A DNA stretch of 64,000 nt. Origin: Eledone cirrhosa. Lineage: Eukaryota. The position numbers were made by a program, and so were the translations under genes. Of the stretch, positions 39,926 to 55,181 are shown one piece after another. Below the pieces are notes generated by a model. It made no database searches. It had not been told where the DNA came from and was given only the letters and a program-made list of their open reading frames with translations. Location of the stretch: NCBI GenBank assembly GCA_964016885.1, contig OZ024745.1, forward strand, positions 88,598,001 to 88,662,000, written 5' to 3'. Position 1 is the stretch's first letter. Each line of letters starts with the position of its first letter.

Positions 39926-41893
39926 GATGTCTTAAATAATATAATGTTGTTTATATAAAGATAGAATGATCACAGCCATGGTGTACTTGACGGTAAACAA
40001 CATATTATTCAGAATAACTGTTTCTAACATAGGCATTAAGTAATTAATTTTTTAGTGTGGTTTGTTAAATTTAATCTAGCAAAATGCTTAATCAAAGCTG
40101 TTTGACCTGATGGAAGTAGCCGTCAAATCCTATTCAAGGCACATTTTAAATGATACATTACATAATGTAATTCTAAATATATGAAGCGTGACAAAATATT
40201 TGATTGACAATTTGGTCCATCAGAACTAAATTCGGATGAGAACTGGTTCTATAATCTAATGAGCCCTGTCGGATGTAAGAACAACATCAATAACATTAGT
40301 TAAAACGGAGAAATCTAACCTAAAAACACAGACAGGAATTATAGGCAAATGGATGAGACCCAATAGAAGTGACCTTAACATTGTATTGATGCTCGTTTTA
40401 TTGACGAATGAGTGAACAGGAAACAAGAAAGCCTCTACATATACTCTCAGGACCCAAATAATAGGGGTCGGGTGGAATAAACGTGGGGTTTGATAGAAAA
40501 TCGGTATTTTTTCTAGGTTGTCTCCGTTGAATTTTTTTTAAACCAGAAGTGATCGTTTAGTTTAGATATTGAGACCCCAACCGATCCGAATTATTTTATA
40601 ACGTAACGGGATTTCTAGCATTTTTTAAAATGTATATAGAAAATTAATTGTCGCAGGAATCCTAGGTCTCGATTATTCGAGAACCGAGAGTAGGTTTAAT
40701 CAATTAGAATTCCTTCATATATAACACACTGCATCTCATAAACAAAAAAAGTCATAATATAATCCTAGATACTCATAAAAAATGCCTTATAGTCTGCAAT
40801 TGGACGCTTTTGTTCATAAGTCTCAATGGGGTTTGACTTAGAGCTAAGCAACATCAACAATATTCAGATAGGAGGGGTAAGAAAATCAAAATCGACCGCA
40901 GTGGTTTTAAATCAATAATCTAGAAGAATAAAGCTGAGTAATGAAAACAACAACAAAAAAACAATTATTGAGAACAGCACACTCGTATTTCTGTCATTCT
41001 AAACGCTTATTAGTAATGTATATAAATATTATATATATTATCAGAATTATCAAGGGGATGCGTTGACAGAAACTGTACGGCAATTACCTACGTTCTTGGT
41101 TCGAATTTCAACGTGGTTCATTTTAACATTAACCCACTGAGTTTCCATAAATTAAGGTCCGAGTTACGATATATGAGGTCAATAATACTTTCAGATTATT
41201 TTTACTGAATTTCCTAGCAAAACCAAATCAAGAATGTAATCGATATTTTACTATAAACATTTCGGAGGGGAAGTAATAATTACCCTTTAGGAATTAGGAT
41301 TGATTCAATAAAACCTTTCCCCTGTTAAACATATATGATTTGGTGTCGATGCAAGGAACTATTATTTATATTTATTTACATGGTTAAAGGTGTGTTTGCA
41401 ATGTGTTAACTCAAATACATACAGGTTAGGAATGGTTACATCAATTACATTGTTGCAGGCTTTGCGTGTTTATGTACTATTTTATAACTGTTATTGGACA
41501 GAAATTGGACTCCTATTGAATTGACATTATGTAAATATTTTTCTGCATGTTTAGTAGTATGGACTGTAACATGCGTACAAGAAATCGATCTTGAAATATC
41601 TACCTATATATATATAAATATATATATATATATAAATGATAGAGGTTTACATATACATAAACTAGACAGAGCCATATATATATATATGTTTTTGGCAACC
41701 TGTGGTTGATTATGCTGATTGGGAGCAGAAATACTGTATATATTTTATCAAATGATTCTATGGACTTACTTTCTTATATATATATATACATACACACACA
41801 CATATATATATACATAAATGTATATGTATATATATATATAATATATATTTATATATAAATATATATATATATATAAATATATATACACACACG

Positions 41894-41959
<66 letters not shown>

Positions 41960-42023
41960 GTTTAGAACCCTCTAAGAAATGGAAAAAGATGAGTATTGAT
42001 GTACAACATGCATATATATATAT

Positions 42024-42249
42024 AAGGAAAGGATCGATCGACTTTCGTCAAATCGGACCGAGGAAACAATGTTTTCGTCGGTCTTTCGAGTTGCTAGTCC
42101 TATCTATCGGTCGCAAATCCTGGTAGAAGGTCCAACGTGAAATAAAGCGTCTTGCTCAAGGACATAACGTAACGACCGGTCTAGGAATCGAACTCACAAC
42201 CTCAAGATTGCGAATCAAATTCTCTAACCGGCCAGCCACACGCCTTCAG
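42024..42249 (-). mobile_element. Full-length SINE S2
   Basis: tRNA-like head, tgtccttgagcaagac core and 3' part; in (TA)n. Confidence 0.8.
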
Positions 42250-42251
42250 TG

Positions 42252-42493
<242 letters not shown>

Positions 42494-42555
42494 AATACAG
42501 TGAAGGCGTGTGGCTGAGCGGTTAGAGAATTGGATATATATATATATATATATAT

Positions 42556-42810
42556 AAATTTTATTATACATATTTCAGAAGTACAATAGTACGTCCTCAT
42601 CAGACAAAATATAATGATATATGACATACCCTGAGATGTTAAATGGTTAAGATTTAATCAAGGTACCTTGATTAAATCTTGACCATTTAACATCTCAGGG
42701 TATGTCAATTTTCATTATATTTTCTCTGATGAGGACGTACTGTTGTACCTCTGAAATATGTATAATAAATTTAATTGATCAAAAGAACATCTATTTTATT
42801 AATATTTGTA

Positions 42811-42815
<5 letters not shown>
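42556..42815. repeat. Fold-back centred on GGTACC (42662-42667) with two outward-facing family A HHRs
   Basis: HHR on minus at 42560-42612 and on plus at 42717-42771 (CTGATGA-ggacgtac-tgtt-gtacctct-GAAA). Confidence 0.92.
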
Positions 42816-42884
<69 letters not shown>

Positions 42885-42984
42885 GAATTGATACAATTGC
42901 GACCAAAAAGTACATATAAATGTTCGATATATATATATAAATGTATCAATTGTTTATATATATATATATATTAACTTTTGATAC

Positions 42985-43029
<45 letters not shown>

Positions 43030-43033
<4 letters not shown>

Positions 43034-43223
43034 AACAAGTAAGACCCCGCCGGCTGAGCTCAAGCCGTTTCGACAGCTAATTCTGGACGTCCAGAATTAG
43101 CCGTCGAAACGGCTTGAGCTCAGCCGTCGGGGTCTTACTTGTTCCTATTACCCAATCTACTACCCTAAGTATTGAGTACTTTGGTGCGTTATGGTCCACC
43201 TGGTTCCTTACCACATTTCCTTC

Positions 43224-43228
<5 letters not shown>
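43030..43228. repeat. Fold-back element, family F, apex GACGTC (43086-43091)
   Basis: Right arm GAA-ACGGCT-tgagctc-AGCCGT-C-ggggtc is the 3' half of a hammerhead. Confidence 0.92.
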
Positions 43229-43261
<33 letters not shown>

Positions 43262-43383
43262 ACATTTATACGTATATGCATTTTGTGGTCGCAATTGTAT
43301 CAATTGTTTATATATATATATATAAATATATATAAATATACATATAAATGTTCGATATATATATATATATAATTGTATCAATT

Positions 43384-43473
<90 letters not shown>

Positions 43474-43484
43474 ACTTTTGATAC

Positions 43485-43525
<41 letters not shown>

Positions 43526-43741
43526 ACATTTATGTGTATATGTATTTTGTGGTCGCAATGTTATTTGAGATCTGATGCGTTTGCTGCTAGTAAAACTATC
43601 TAGTCGAGTGTCTACAGTGTTACTATCGGATAGGGTTGAAATTGTGGCCGATAACCTTGGTGGTCTTGTTTGTGTTCCCCAATACGCTCTCTCACACATG
43701 TATATATATATATATACATATATACATATATATATATATAA

Positions 43742-43852
43742 TAATTGTTTCTACTTTAGGCACAAGGCCAGCAAATAACCAGTACATTACTGGTACTTTA
43801 TTTTATCGACCCCGAAAGGATGAAAGGCAAAGTTAACCACGGCGGGATTTGA
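43742..43852 (-). mobile_element. 5'-truncated SINE S1
   Basis: Central domain and tail. Confidence 0.85.
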
Positions 43853-43859
43853 GCTAATA

Positions 43860-44048
43860 AAGGGGACCAAAGAATCAGTATTGCGTCATCTACATATTTA
43901 ATTACATATTACATATGTTTCACTGCCGATCAGCTCGAGGAGCGATCAAGTACCGTTCGTTCCTGACTCTGGAATCGGAAGCTCCTCAGATAAGTGTTCT
44001 CACATGTAGACGCACGTCTAATTCGACCCTCATCAGAAGAGGTGTATG

Positions 44049-44050
<2 letters not shown>
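43860..44050 (-). ncRNA. Candidate hammerhead with about 108-nt branched stem II (family G)
   Basis: CTGATGA (44036-44030) ... GAAACA-ta-TGTA (43921-43910); internal hairpins; stem I non-canonical. Confidence 0.45.
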
Positions 44051-44097
<47 letters not shown>

Positions 44098-44169
44098 TGT
44101 TATATACATATATGTTATTAATTCTGGCAATATTATTACACAAATATGACCATCCCCAAGTATAACAAT

Positions 44170-44247
<78 letters not shown>

Positions 44248-44489
44248 ACAAATAAACATAGGGTTTACTTACATTATTACATATGTAGATGTATGTGTGC
44301 GTGTGTGGTTGTGTGTGTGTATATATATATATATATAGGTAAACGGAATAGAAAATGCTGACAAATTGTTCACAGTTGAAAAATAGTTTAATTAGTAATA
44401 AAAGAGTATTAGTAATTGTATGGGCTAGTATTCAGTTGTGGTTTTAAGTTTTTAAGTTTTTACCAGTTGCTTTTCAAAAATAATTTTGA

Positions 44490-44720
44490 GATAGAGTGGG
44501 CGTGTTGTTTGCTCTGATCAGAACAAACAACACGGACACTCTACCTCCTAATTTAATGGTTGCTTATATTATGGTACGTCAACATTATTTATAAAACTGC
44601 TTATATATTGTATTTTATCTGACGAAGGCATGCCATATTTTTAATATGGTATCCCTGAAATATGTATAATGAAATAAATATGGTTTTATAAATTTAGTTT
44701 CCATTTGTTTAATATCGTAT
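44490..44720 (+). mobile_element. PLE 3' terminus with 5' fold-back (apex TGATCA, about 44515-44520) and family A HHR (44611-44676)
   Basis: agagtg..cgtgttgtttg.tctgatcaga.caaacaacacg..cactct; tattttat-CTGACGA...GAAA-tatgta-TA-atgaaata. Confidence 0.85.
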
Positions 44721-44804
44721 ATCTACTCCAAAAACTTGTCGAGTGCTTTATATCAGTTATAAGATATTTACTTGTTGTAACCCAACAATTTTAAATAAAA
44801 CTTT

Positions 44805-44860
<56 letters not shown>

Positions 44861-45062
44861 CGTATTACAATGAAAGTTTAATCTTTCATTCACTTTTTGG
44901 AATACATGTACGTTCAATTTTGTATTCTATATTCATGAAATGCCTACCGCATATACGTTGATGATATATTGTGGCATGTGTATGTGATACCGAAGCGACA
45001 AAATGAATATCATTACGATTATTATTAATATTATTAATATTATCATCATCATCACCATCCAT

Positions 45063-45695
45063 TAGCAGTATTGGTATAGTGTCAGACACCATGCTTTGCA
45101 GCATAGAGTTATGGCCCTCTACGGTCTGAGTTCATATACCGCCGTGGTTAGCTTTGCTTTTCATCCTTACGGGGTCGATAAAATAAAGTACCTGTCACGC
45201 ACTGGGGTCGATTTAATCAACTTCTCTCTCCCCCAAAATTGCTGGCCTTGTGCCTAAATTAGAAACAATTATTATTATCATCATCATCATTATTAATTTT
45301 ATCATCATCATCATCACCATTGGCAGACACCATTCAGCCGAGGTTAACTTTGCCTATCATCTTTACTACAAGGTCGATAAAATAAAGTACCAGTAAGGCA
45401 CTGGGGTAATTTGCTGGCCTTGTGCAAAATGTAGAAACAATTATGATTATTATTATCATATATCATCGTCATTATCATCATCAACGTCATCATCATCATA
45501 ATCGTCAACGGTATCATCATCATCTTCATCAACACTATCATCATCAACATTATTATTATTATTGTTAGGCCCTTTATGGTCTGAGTTCAAATCCCGCCGA
45601 GGTTAATTTGCCTTTCATCCCTATAGAGTCGATAAAATAAAGTACCAGTAATGCACTGGGGAAATTGCTGGGCTTGTGCCTAAAGTAGAAACAGG
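45063..45695 (+). mobile_element. Cluster of three SINE S1 copies in (ATC/ATT)n
   Basis: Copies at about 45063-45275, 45335-45445 and 45568-45695. Confidence 0.85.
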
Positions 45696-45841
45696 TATTC
45701 TTAGATATTAAACAACAGTAATGATATAATTTGTGACACATGATTTATAATTCTGCTTCTATGTATATTACGGTGAATATATATTCATATACATTCACAG
45801 AAAGACACACACACATACATTCACACACACACACATTCACT

Positions 45842-45892
<51 letters not shown>

Positions 45893-45894
45893 TT

Positions 45895-45961
<67 letters not shown>

Positions 45962-45964
<3 letters not shown>

Positions 45965-46540
45965 ATTAAATAAATGGAAAACTATATTTATAAAACCATA
46001 TTTATTTCATTATATATATTTCGGGGATATCATATTAACAATATGCTATGCCTTCATCAGACAAAATACAATATAAACAGTTTTATAGATAAATATATTC
46101 GACATACCGTAATAAACATCAACTTCATTTGAAGAGGTTCACTCTAGCAGTCTTTTATAAATAAAAGTCTTTTTGTAAATATACTCCAAGTATTTGTCGA
46201 GTGCTTTTATATCAGTTATAAATATTTACTAGTTGTAACCCAACAATTTTAAATATAACTTTACATGTATATATATATATATATATATAAATATATATAT
46301 ATAAAATAAGTCCATAGAATCATTAGATAATATATATATATATATGCAAATATCCCGATGTCTTCCAAAAGTAACGGTTGCATTTTGTAACGGTATGTCA
46401 ATATTTATTTATAAAACTGGTATATATTGTATTTTGTCTGATGAAAGCATACCATAATTTAACATGGTATCTTTGAAATATGTATAATAAAATAGATATG
46501 GTTTTATAAATATAGTTTCCATTTGTTAATTTCGTGTATA
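45962..46540. mobile_element. Outward-facing pair of family A PLE termini (HHR minus 46003-46068; plus 46430-46494)
   Basis: Both have CTGATGA...GAAA cores and the shared tail atatggttttataaatatagtttccattt. Confidence 0.82.
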
Positions 46541-46562
46541 TATATATATATGTATATATGTA

Positions 46563-46605
<43 letters not shown>

Positions 46606-46609
<4 letters not shown>

Positions 46610-47683
46610 ATACTTTGGGAGGGTCATGTTGCCAATAAGAAACACACGCACCAGATACTTTCACTTCAATTTATTATAATAAATTTATAAACTTATATTT
46701 ATAAATTTCTGGTTGGTTGGTTGGTTCCACAACCAGATAGTTGTTTATATATTGTCATAGTTCTTTCGTCACACACTCTGTGACCTCTTCAGTGACTGGG
46801 GATTCTTTTCTTTGTTTTTGTGCCTCTCCTTTGTTCTGTCCTACGCCATTTTGTTTCTGTTTGTGTGTTGTGTGCTCAGTCTGCGCATGCGCCACATCCG
46901 GGCGTCTGTGTGTGTTTATGTTCATTTATTTATTTGTTTATTTACATGTTACTAGTTGGTTGTTTGTTCTATGTGTGTGTGTGTTTTCATTTTGTCCTTA
47001 ATTGTAAGTTGTGATGTTGCTGTTTCATTCATGTTTTCTATTTAATTTTGGTTGTAATTTTTTTATGTTTATTGCCTCTGTGATTTGTCTAAACATAGAA
47101 ATAAAAATAGAATCTACACACAGAAAAGACGCAAGGTTTAGACAAATCACAGAGGAAATAAACATAAAAGAATTACAACCAAAATTAAATAGAAAACATG
47201 AATGAAACAGCAACATCACAACTTACAATTAAGGACAAAATGAAAACACACACACACATAGAACAAACAACCAACCAGTAACATGTAAATAAACAAATAA
47301 ATAAATGAACATAAACACACACAGACAACCGGATGTGGCACATGCGCAGACTGAGCACACAACACACACACAGAAACAAAATGGCGTAGGACAGAACAAA
47401 GGAGAGGCACAAAAAACAAAGAAAAGAATCCCCAGTCACTGAAGAGGTCACAGAGTGTGTGACGAAAGAACTATGACAATATATAAACAACTATCTGGTT
47501 GTGGAACCAACCAACCAACCAGAAATTTATAAATATAAATTTATAAATTTATTATAATAAATTGAAGTGAAATCAACTGACGCGTGTGTTTCTTATTGGC
47601 AACATGACCCTCCCAAATTATAACAATATCGGTTTCAGCACACGATTTCAGATAAAGAATCTTGCTAAACAAATTCAGAAAGG

Positions 47684-47686
<3 letters not shown>
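46606..47686. mobile_element. 1.1-kb fold-back of two pLTRs of the 12668-16742 PLE family; HHRs at 46754-46796 (-) and 47435-47477 (+)
   Basis: About 490-bp arms, about 40-nt loop near 47095-47135; gtca-CTGAAGA-g-gtcaca..tgtgac-GAAAG-aa-CTA-tgac. Confidence 0.93.
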
Positions 47687-47726
<40 letters not shown>

Positions 47727-47765
47727 TGTGTGTGTGTCTCTATGTATATAAATACAAATAAATAA

Positions 47766-47798
<33 letters not shown>

Positions 47799-47924
47799 CA
47801 AGTATTTATATATGTTTATATATAAGCAAAAGGGATACTTAATTTGTTGGTAATTCAACAAATATATATGTTTATAACTGTTTCCAAACACTCGACTGGT
47901 TTTCTGGAGTATACTATCAATGAT

Positions 47925-48085
47925 ATTAATTAAATGGAAACTATATTTATGAAACCATATTTACTCTATTATATATATTTCAAGGGTACCAAAACTTTGC
48001 TACGCCCTCATCAGATAAAATACAAACTTTGTTTTATAAATATTGACATATCCTTGAAGAAGATCTTAACGGTTCAAGGTTTTCC
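47925..48085 (-). mobile_element. Family A PLE terminus, HHR at 47962-48022
   Basis: tattttat-CTGATGA-gggcgtagcaaagttttggtaccctt-GAAA-tatata-TA. Confidence 0.8.
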
Positions 48086-48115
48086 TGGATATATTTATAT
48101 ATACATATATATATT

Positions 48116-48203
<88 letters not shown>

Positions 48204-48519
48204 CGTGTGTGTGTAAATACGCATAATATATAAATATATACATATATGCATACATATATATATGTATATGTATATGTATATGTATATATATATGCATATG
48301 TACATCTATATATATAGATATATATATATACAAATATATCAATTAGCGAGAATCGTATTTCGGCTATTGGAAATTAGCGAAAAACAACTTCCGAGATGTG
48401 TGGCAAGCGCTCCATAGAGCTGTATGTATATATATATATACAATATATATATGGTGTTTGAGGGTGCGTGTGTGTGTTTTGTAGATATGTTTGTTTCTAT
48501 ATATATATATTTATACACA

Positions 48520-48623
48520 TGGTTGTGTTGTTAAGGAGTTCGCTTTCCGACCACGTGGTTTCAGGCTCCCTCCCACTGTGTGGCACCTTGGCTAAATGTC
48601 TTCTATTACAGCCTCGGGTTGAC
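48520..48623 (+). mobile_element. tRNA-derived SINE head fragment (fourth family)
   Basis: ggttgtgttgttaaggagttcgct...cccactgtgtggcaccttggctaaatgtcttcta. Confidence 0.6.
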
Positions 48624-48745
48624 AGATGCCATATGTGTGTACGGGTATGTTTCTATGTATATACTTCTTTGTGTATCCTTTAATCTGCGATTACGTCTTA
48701 TTTCGAGAGCTTTGTCGAATAGAAAACCTTCTAAGGCACATATGC

Positions 48746-50043
<1,298 letters not shown>

Positions 50044-51061
50044 GCGAGCGTGTTTATTTATAAGTGTGTGCATGTATGTATATATATATATTTGGTTGTA
50101 TGTGTTTGTGTATATATAATTATGTGTGTGCGTTCATTTATGTTTATTTTATATTTTTAGATGGATATATGTGTATGTGTTTACGTATATTTTTGTGTGT
50201 ATGCGGCTGTATATATGCTTTAGTATATATGTTTTTTTTTGTGTGTATGGATTTACTTATGTTTTTTTGTATGCGTGTGGTTAGTTCTTATTACGTGCGT
50301 GTGCGCGCACGCATTTGTATACGTATGTACGTAGGTTATGAACCAATGCTCTTTATTGTAGGGTTTTATGTGTATGTATGTGGATGTGTGTGTATATTTG
50401 GTTGTATACATGTTTAATTATACGTGTGTATGTGTAGATGTATTTTTGCACGCATATGTATGTGGATGTGTACGTATGTTTATTTTATATTTTTGTGTAT
50501 ATGTGTATGTATATATATATGTATATGTGTGTATATATATATATATATAGACATACTTTTGTGTATGTGTTTTTATACGTGCGTATGAGTATTTATGCAT
50601 GTTTATGTGTGTGTGTGCGTGTGTATGTATGTGTATATATTTATGTGTATGTACATCTGGTGTATTTGTTTATTTTTAAGTTGTTCTTATCCCTCCCCCC
50701 TCTTACTTATCGTTGTCAACACGTATCCTTTCGTCTTTATTTCGTATTTGACTTTGTATTTTTGTTTTTATTCATTTATTTTTTTATTATTATTACTTCA
50801 TGTATATGTATGTGTATGTACCTATGTCCCTGTCTGTAGACGCATATATGCTTATGTGAAAAAGTATACGTCTAAGTACTTTTCAAGTATATGCGCGTGG
50901 TTGAGTGTGTGTATGTTTATGTTGTGGATATTTATTGTTTAATATATCTTTTTTTTCTCTTCCCCTCTAATTCTTCGCCCGTTTTTTTCACAGCCTCACT
51001 TTCATATTTCTTAAATTTTGTTTTCAAATCCATATTTAATAAAAAACCCACGTTTTTTTAT

Positions 51062-51120
51062 TCATTCTGACGACTGAAAACAGATCTAACATATGCTTTC
51101 AAGAAACCACTGGTAAATGA
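51062..51120 (+). ncRNA. Type I hammerhead motif (family H) at the end of a long microsatellite-like PLE-type 3' region
   Basis: tcatt-CTGACGA-c-tgaaa..tttca-a-GAAACC-act-GGTA-aatga. Confidence 0.82.
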
Positions 51121-51149
51121 TATAATTATCTTATTGTTTATTACATAAC

Positions 51150-51195
<46 letters not shown>

Positions 51196-51312
51196 ATGTA
51201 ATAAACGACATAAGATAATTATATATATATAATTGAAGTATTTCCGTATTGAAGTATTTCAGTAGGAAAGGTAAAGGAAAAGAGAGTGTTCTATGTAGGC
51301 TACAGAGCTTTT

Positions 51313-51446
51313 TAGTTATGTAATAAACAACATAATATAATTATTTCATTTACCAAAGGTTTCACGAAGGCAGACGTCTGTGCCAAGCTTGTCTGCCTTC
51401 CTGAAACTTTGGTAAATGAAATAATTATCTTATGTTGTTTATTACA

Positions 51447-51452
<6 letters not shown>
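51313..51452. repeat. Fold-back of two family H half-hammerheads joined at stem II
   Basis: Arms 51313-51375 / 51391-51452; each has GAAAC..GGTA-aatga and the tail, with no CTGANGA. Confidence 0.9.
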
Positions 51453-51483
<31 letters not shown>

Positions 51484-51624
51484 GTGTGTGTGTGTGTGTA
51501 TTAGCGCCTTAGGAAAAGTCACTTCTTTGATGCCTCTTGTTTACTAGAGATATGGTCAAATTTAGGTACTTCTTTTGTATCAACATAATTATATATATAT
51601 ATGTGTGGGGGGGGGGGGTGAGTG

Positions 51625-51955
51625 TGCTGGCAATGTACAAAAACATAGAAACACGTGCACATAAACAGAAACCCCAAAATATGAGATCAAGGAAACTAAC
51701 CACATGCACACCCCCGAGACAACAGAACCAATGATGGTGCTGGACATTTAGCACCCATCACCGAACATCGGACCATTTCACACGCCACCACACACATCCT
51801 AATAAAACTTTATTCCTCAAACTTCTAATATCCTCTTTCGTCTAACGTTGCTCTTTTCCGAAGAAGGACTAGTGTCTGATACATTGAAACGTTTTTCCAA
51901 CAAACCTTGTGCAACAGTTTCCATGGCCTTGTGTTTTATCATCTTCAGTTATCTG
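51625..51955 (+). mobile_element. Decayed PLE 3' end (GIY-YIG C-terminus remnant, decayed HHR 51854-51889)
   Basis: KYEIKETNHMH..NDGAGHLAPI across a frameshift; ccgaagaaggactagtgtctgatacattgaaa. Confidence 0.5.
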
Positions 51956-52012
51956 TATCTCTTTCTACTCCCACCCTCTCTCTCTAGCTCCCTCTCTCTC
52001 TCTCTATCTATC

Positions 52013-52078
<66 letters not shown>

Positions 52079-52174
52079 TACATGTGCTGTTGATATTAGT
52101 GTCACTTCCAGTAATCCACAATATTGCTGAATAACTTAAACTATATATATATATATATATTATATATATATATA

Positions 52175-52234
<60 letters not shown>

Positions 52235-52741
52235 GAGAGAGAGAGAGAGAGAATGAGAGATGCACGTGCCTCAAGGCTTTTTCAAATATTTGTCTATCTG
52301 GCGGAGACAGGCTGGAATCACTGTCAAACTCTCTTTCATTAATACGTACATTGGGTTTTATTGAGTAACCTATAACACGCAGGAGAACACCCCCTCCAGA
52401 CCCCACCCAACAGCCAGAACTGAGAACAATACCATCATTGATATATATATATACATATATGAGTGCGTAAAACCTAAAATGTACACACATACCGCACACA
52501 CACGCACTTACACATACGTACACGCACATACGTATACACTCATGCATATATGTATATATATATATATGGTAGATTGCATGAGTTGATAATATAATCATAC
52601 AGGGAAAAGAATAATCCCAAGCTCAAATGTGATTTTAAAGTCCATTGTAACAAACATTGGTAAAAGACAGTTCAGAGTTTAATCCAGTTATTAAATTTCC
52701 AGTCAAAGTAGTTTTACATCACAAATTACACTCACACACAC

Positions 52742-52805
<64 letters not shown>

Positions 52806-52949
52806 CTCCTAGCTTAAGACAGACTTTAGACTTTATATATATATATATATATATATTGTAATAATAATAAATGTGACGACTAAAATCCGAAGAGGGCTCC
52901 ATAAGGATAATATATATATAAATATATATAAAACCGTATAGCAAATATT

Positions 52950-53015
52950 GTTTCAGAAGATCCCGTTAAGGGTGAAAGCAGCGATTCTTTGCTTAAACTT
53001 TAATCTTTATTTTAA
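52950..53015 (+). ncRNA. HHR-like terminus of the 19960-22660 PLE family with U4A
   Basis: gttt-CAGAAGA-tccc-gttaa-gggt-GAAAGCA..TGCTT-aaac. Confidence 0.6.
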
Positions 53016-53147
53016 TATATATATATATATGTGTGTGTAGAGAGAGAGAGCGGGTGTGTGGAGGTGGGTATATCGCGGTTAAGTCATTAAGTAACCAATA
53101 CTATATATATACATTTCATAATATAGAAAGTTTGATTGAAATAACCT

Positions 53148-55181
53148 ACTTACCTTCAAATATCCCTTAGTACACTTTAGTTGTTATTGTAGTACAATAA
53201 TAGTAGTAGCAGTAGTAATCGTCGTAGTTATTGTTGTTGTGATAGCAGTGGTTATGGTTACTGTATATAATGGTGCTGTTATTGTTGTTGTTGTTGTTGT
53301 TGTTGTAACAGTTGGGATTGCTCTTATTGTTTTTACTATAGCTTTTGCGATCTAAGTTGATGTTGTTGTTATGGTTGTTGCTATTACAGTTGTTGTTATT
53401 GTTGATGTTGATGATATCGATTTTGTTGTTGTTTTGGTTGTTGATATTGTTGTTGTTATTGATATTGCTGATGTTGTTGTTGTTATTGATGATGTTGTTG
53501 TTATTGATGTTGCTGTTAGTTATGTTGTTGTGGTGTTGGTGGTTTTTGTGTTGGAGATGCTGGTTGTGTTGTTGATGGAGGTGGCGGTGGTGGTGTTGGG
53601 GGTTGTGATGATAGTGGCGGCGGTGGTGTTGGTAGTTGTGGTAGTGGTGGTAGTGGTGGTGGTGGTTCAAGTTGGTACAACAGTTTAAAGTGATACAGTT
53701 GCTGTCAATAAGATGGTTGTTGTGGACGTTTTTACTGATGGCGATTTGTTCGTTTATGTTAAGATCGATGTCGCTTTGATTACTTTTATTGTTGTATATG
53801 TTATTGTTGTTGTTGTTGTTGTTGTTGTCGATACTGTTGATGAAACGAATGATATTTTTCTTGATGTTTCTACTCTTGTTGGTGGGGGTGTTGGCGGTGG
53901 TCGTACTGTGCCTGATTTTGTTTTTGTAATTTTTATTATTATTATTGTTGTTGTTGTTGTTGTATTTGATGTGACAGTCTCTGCTGTCGTTACCTCTATG
54001 TGTTCTGTCTTTGTTGATGTTGGTGTTGTTGTTGTTATTGTTATTTCGACTGTTGGTGTCCTCGCTTATGTACTCAACCCTATTAAATACGAAGTTTTTG
54101 TAGATGTTATTGTTATGGTAGTTGTATTCTTTGTTAAGTTTATTATCGTTGTCGTGGAAATAGCAATGGATGTTAATATTAATATGATTATTGATATTGT
54201 TATTATCGTTCTTGTATTTGAAGCAATTAAAATCGTTTATCTTGATGTGTTTGATGGTGTCGTATTTGTCCTCGTCGTCGTCGCAGTCGTCGTTGTCGTG
54301 AATGTTATTATACAAGTTACTTGTGTACCTGGGTGCCCTGTTGTCGTCGGTCTTATTTAGATTGCTTTCATCTACTTTATTTTTGTCACTATTGTTTTCC
54401 TCGTTCTTTTGGGGGCTTTTGATGATGTTAGTTTGACTGGTAGCAGGTTTGTTGCTATTTTCAATATTTTCCCTACTGAGTTTGACGCTGCAATTTTTCT
54501 TACTGTTCAGCTTGTTGTCGTTATAGTTGTAGTAACAGTAATAATTATTGTTGTTATTACTGTTGAAGTTAAGCGTATAATAGTAAGGATTGAAGGTGAA
54601 AGAAAGAGGGTTTATATTATATTTGTAATGATAGATAATGATGTAAGTTGCGGTGCTATTTCTAATATGACTTCTGGTTTTATAATTATAATTGATTCTA
54701 AAGTTAGAGTTAAAAATCTGTGTGATGTTTGTGTTAATATTGTTATTGTCACCGTTGTTGTTAATAACGATAATAGTGCAATTTGTAGAGACGGGGCTGG
54801 GGGTAGTGATATTATTATTACCGGTATTCGTGCTGTTGGTGATGATGCTGGTGATGTAGGGATCTCCTCTAGATAAGCTGTCCAATGCCACTTCGGCCAT
54901 AGCTGTTTACATTTCAGCATCAACTTTCTAGTATCCCTCTCTAAAAGATATTTTTTTTATGTATATCTACCTTTCTCCTTTGGTGTAGTAAGACTACTTT
55001 CCCAGCACTTCACGATCTTGTTTCTGCTGCTATAAATAACAGTCGTTATATTTTTTCTTGTGTTTCTTTGCCGACACGCTACATTTGATAGTGTAGTTAT
55101 TAGAGTTTCTGTTACAATGTTATTTTGTAAGATTCCGTGAATTCTGAAAGATTTATTACAGCTGTCCGTTGTTAATTTCAT
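53148..55181 (-). pseudogene. Possible decayed LINE ORF1/gag-like gene with long Asn/Thr low-complexity tail
   Basis: Complex N-terminus FRIHGILQNNIVTETLITTLS..; frameshifted CX2CX4HX4C-like stretch near 54870-54915; then 1.7 kb of (AAC/AAT)-rich open frame. Confidence 0.4.
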
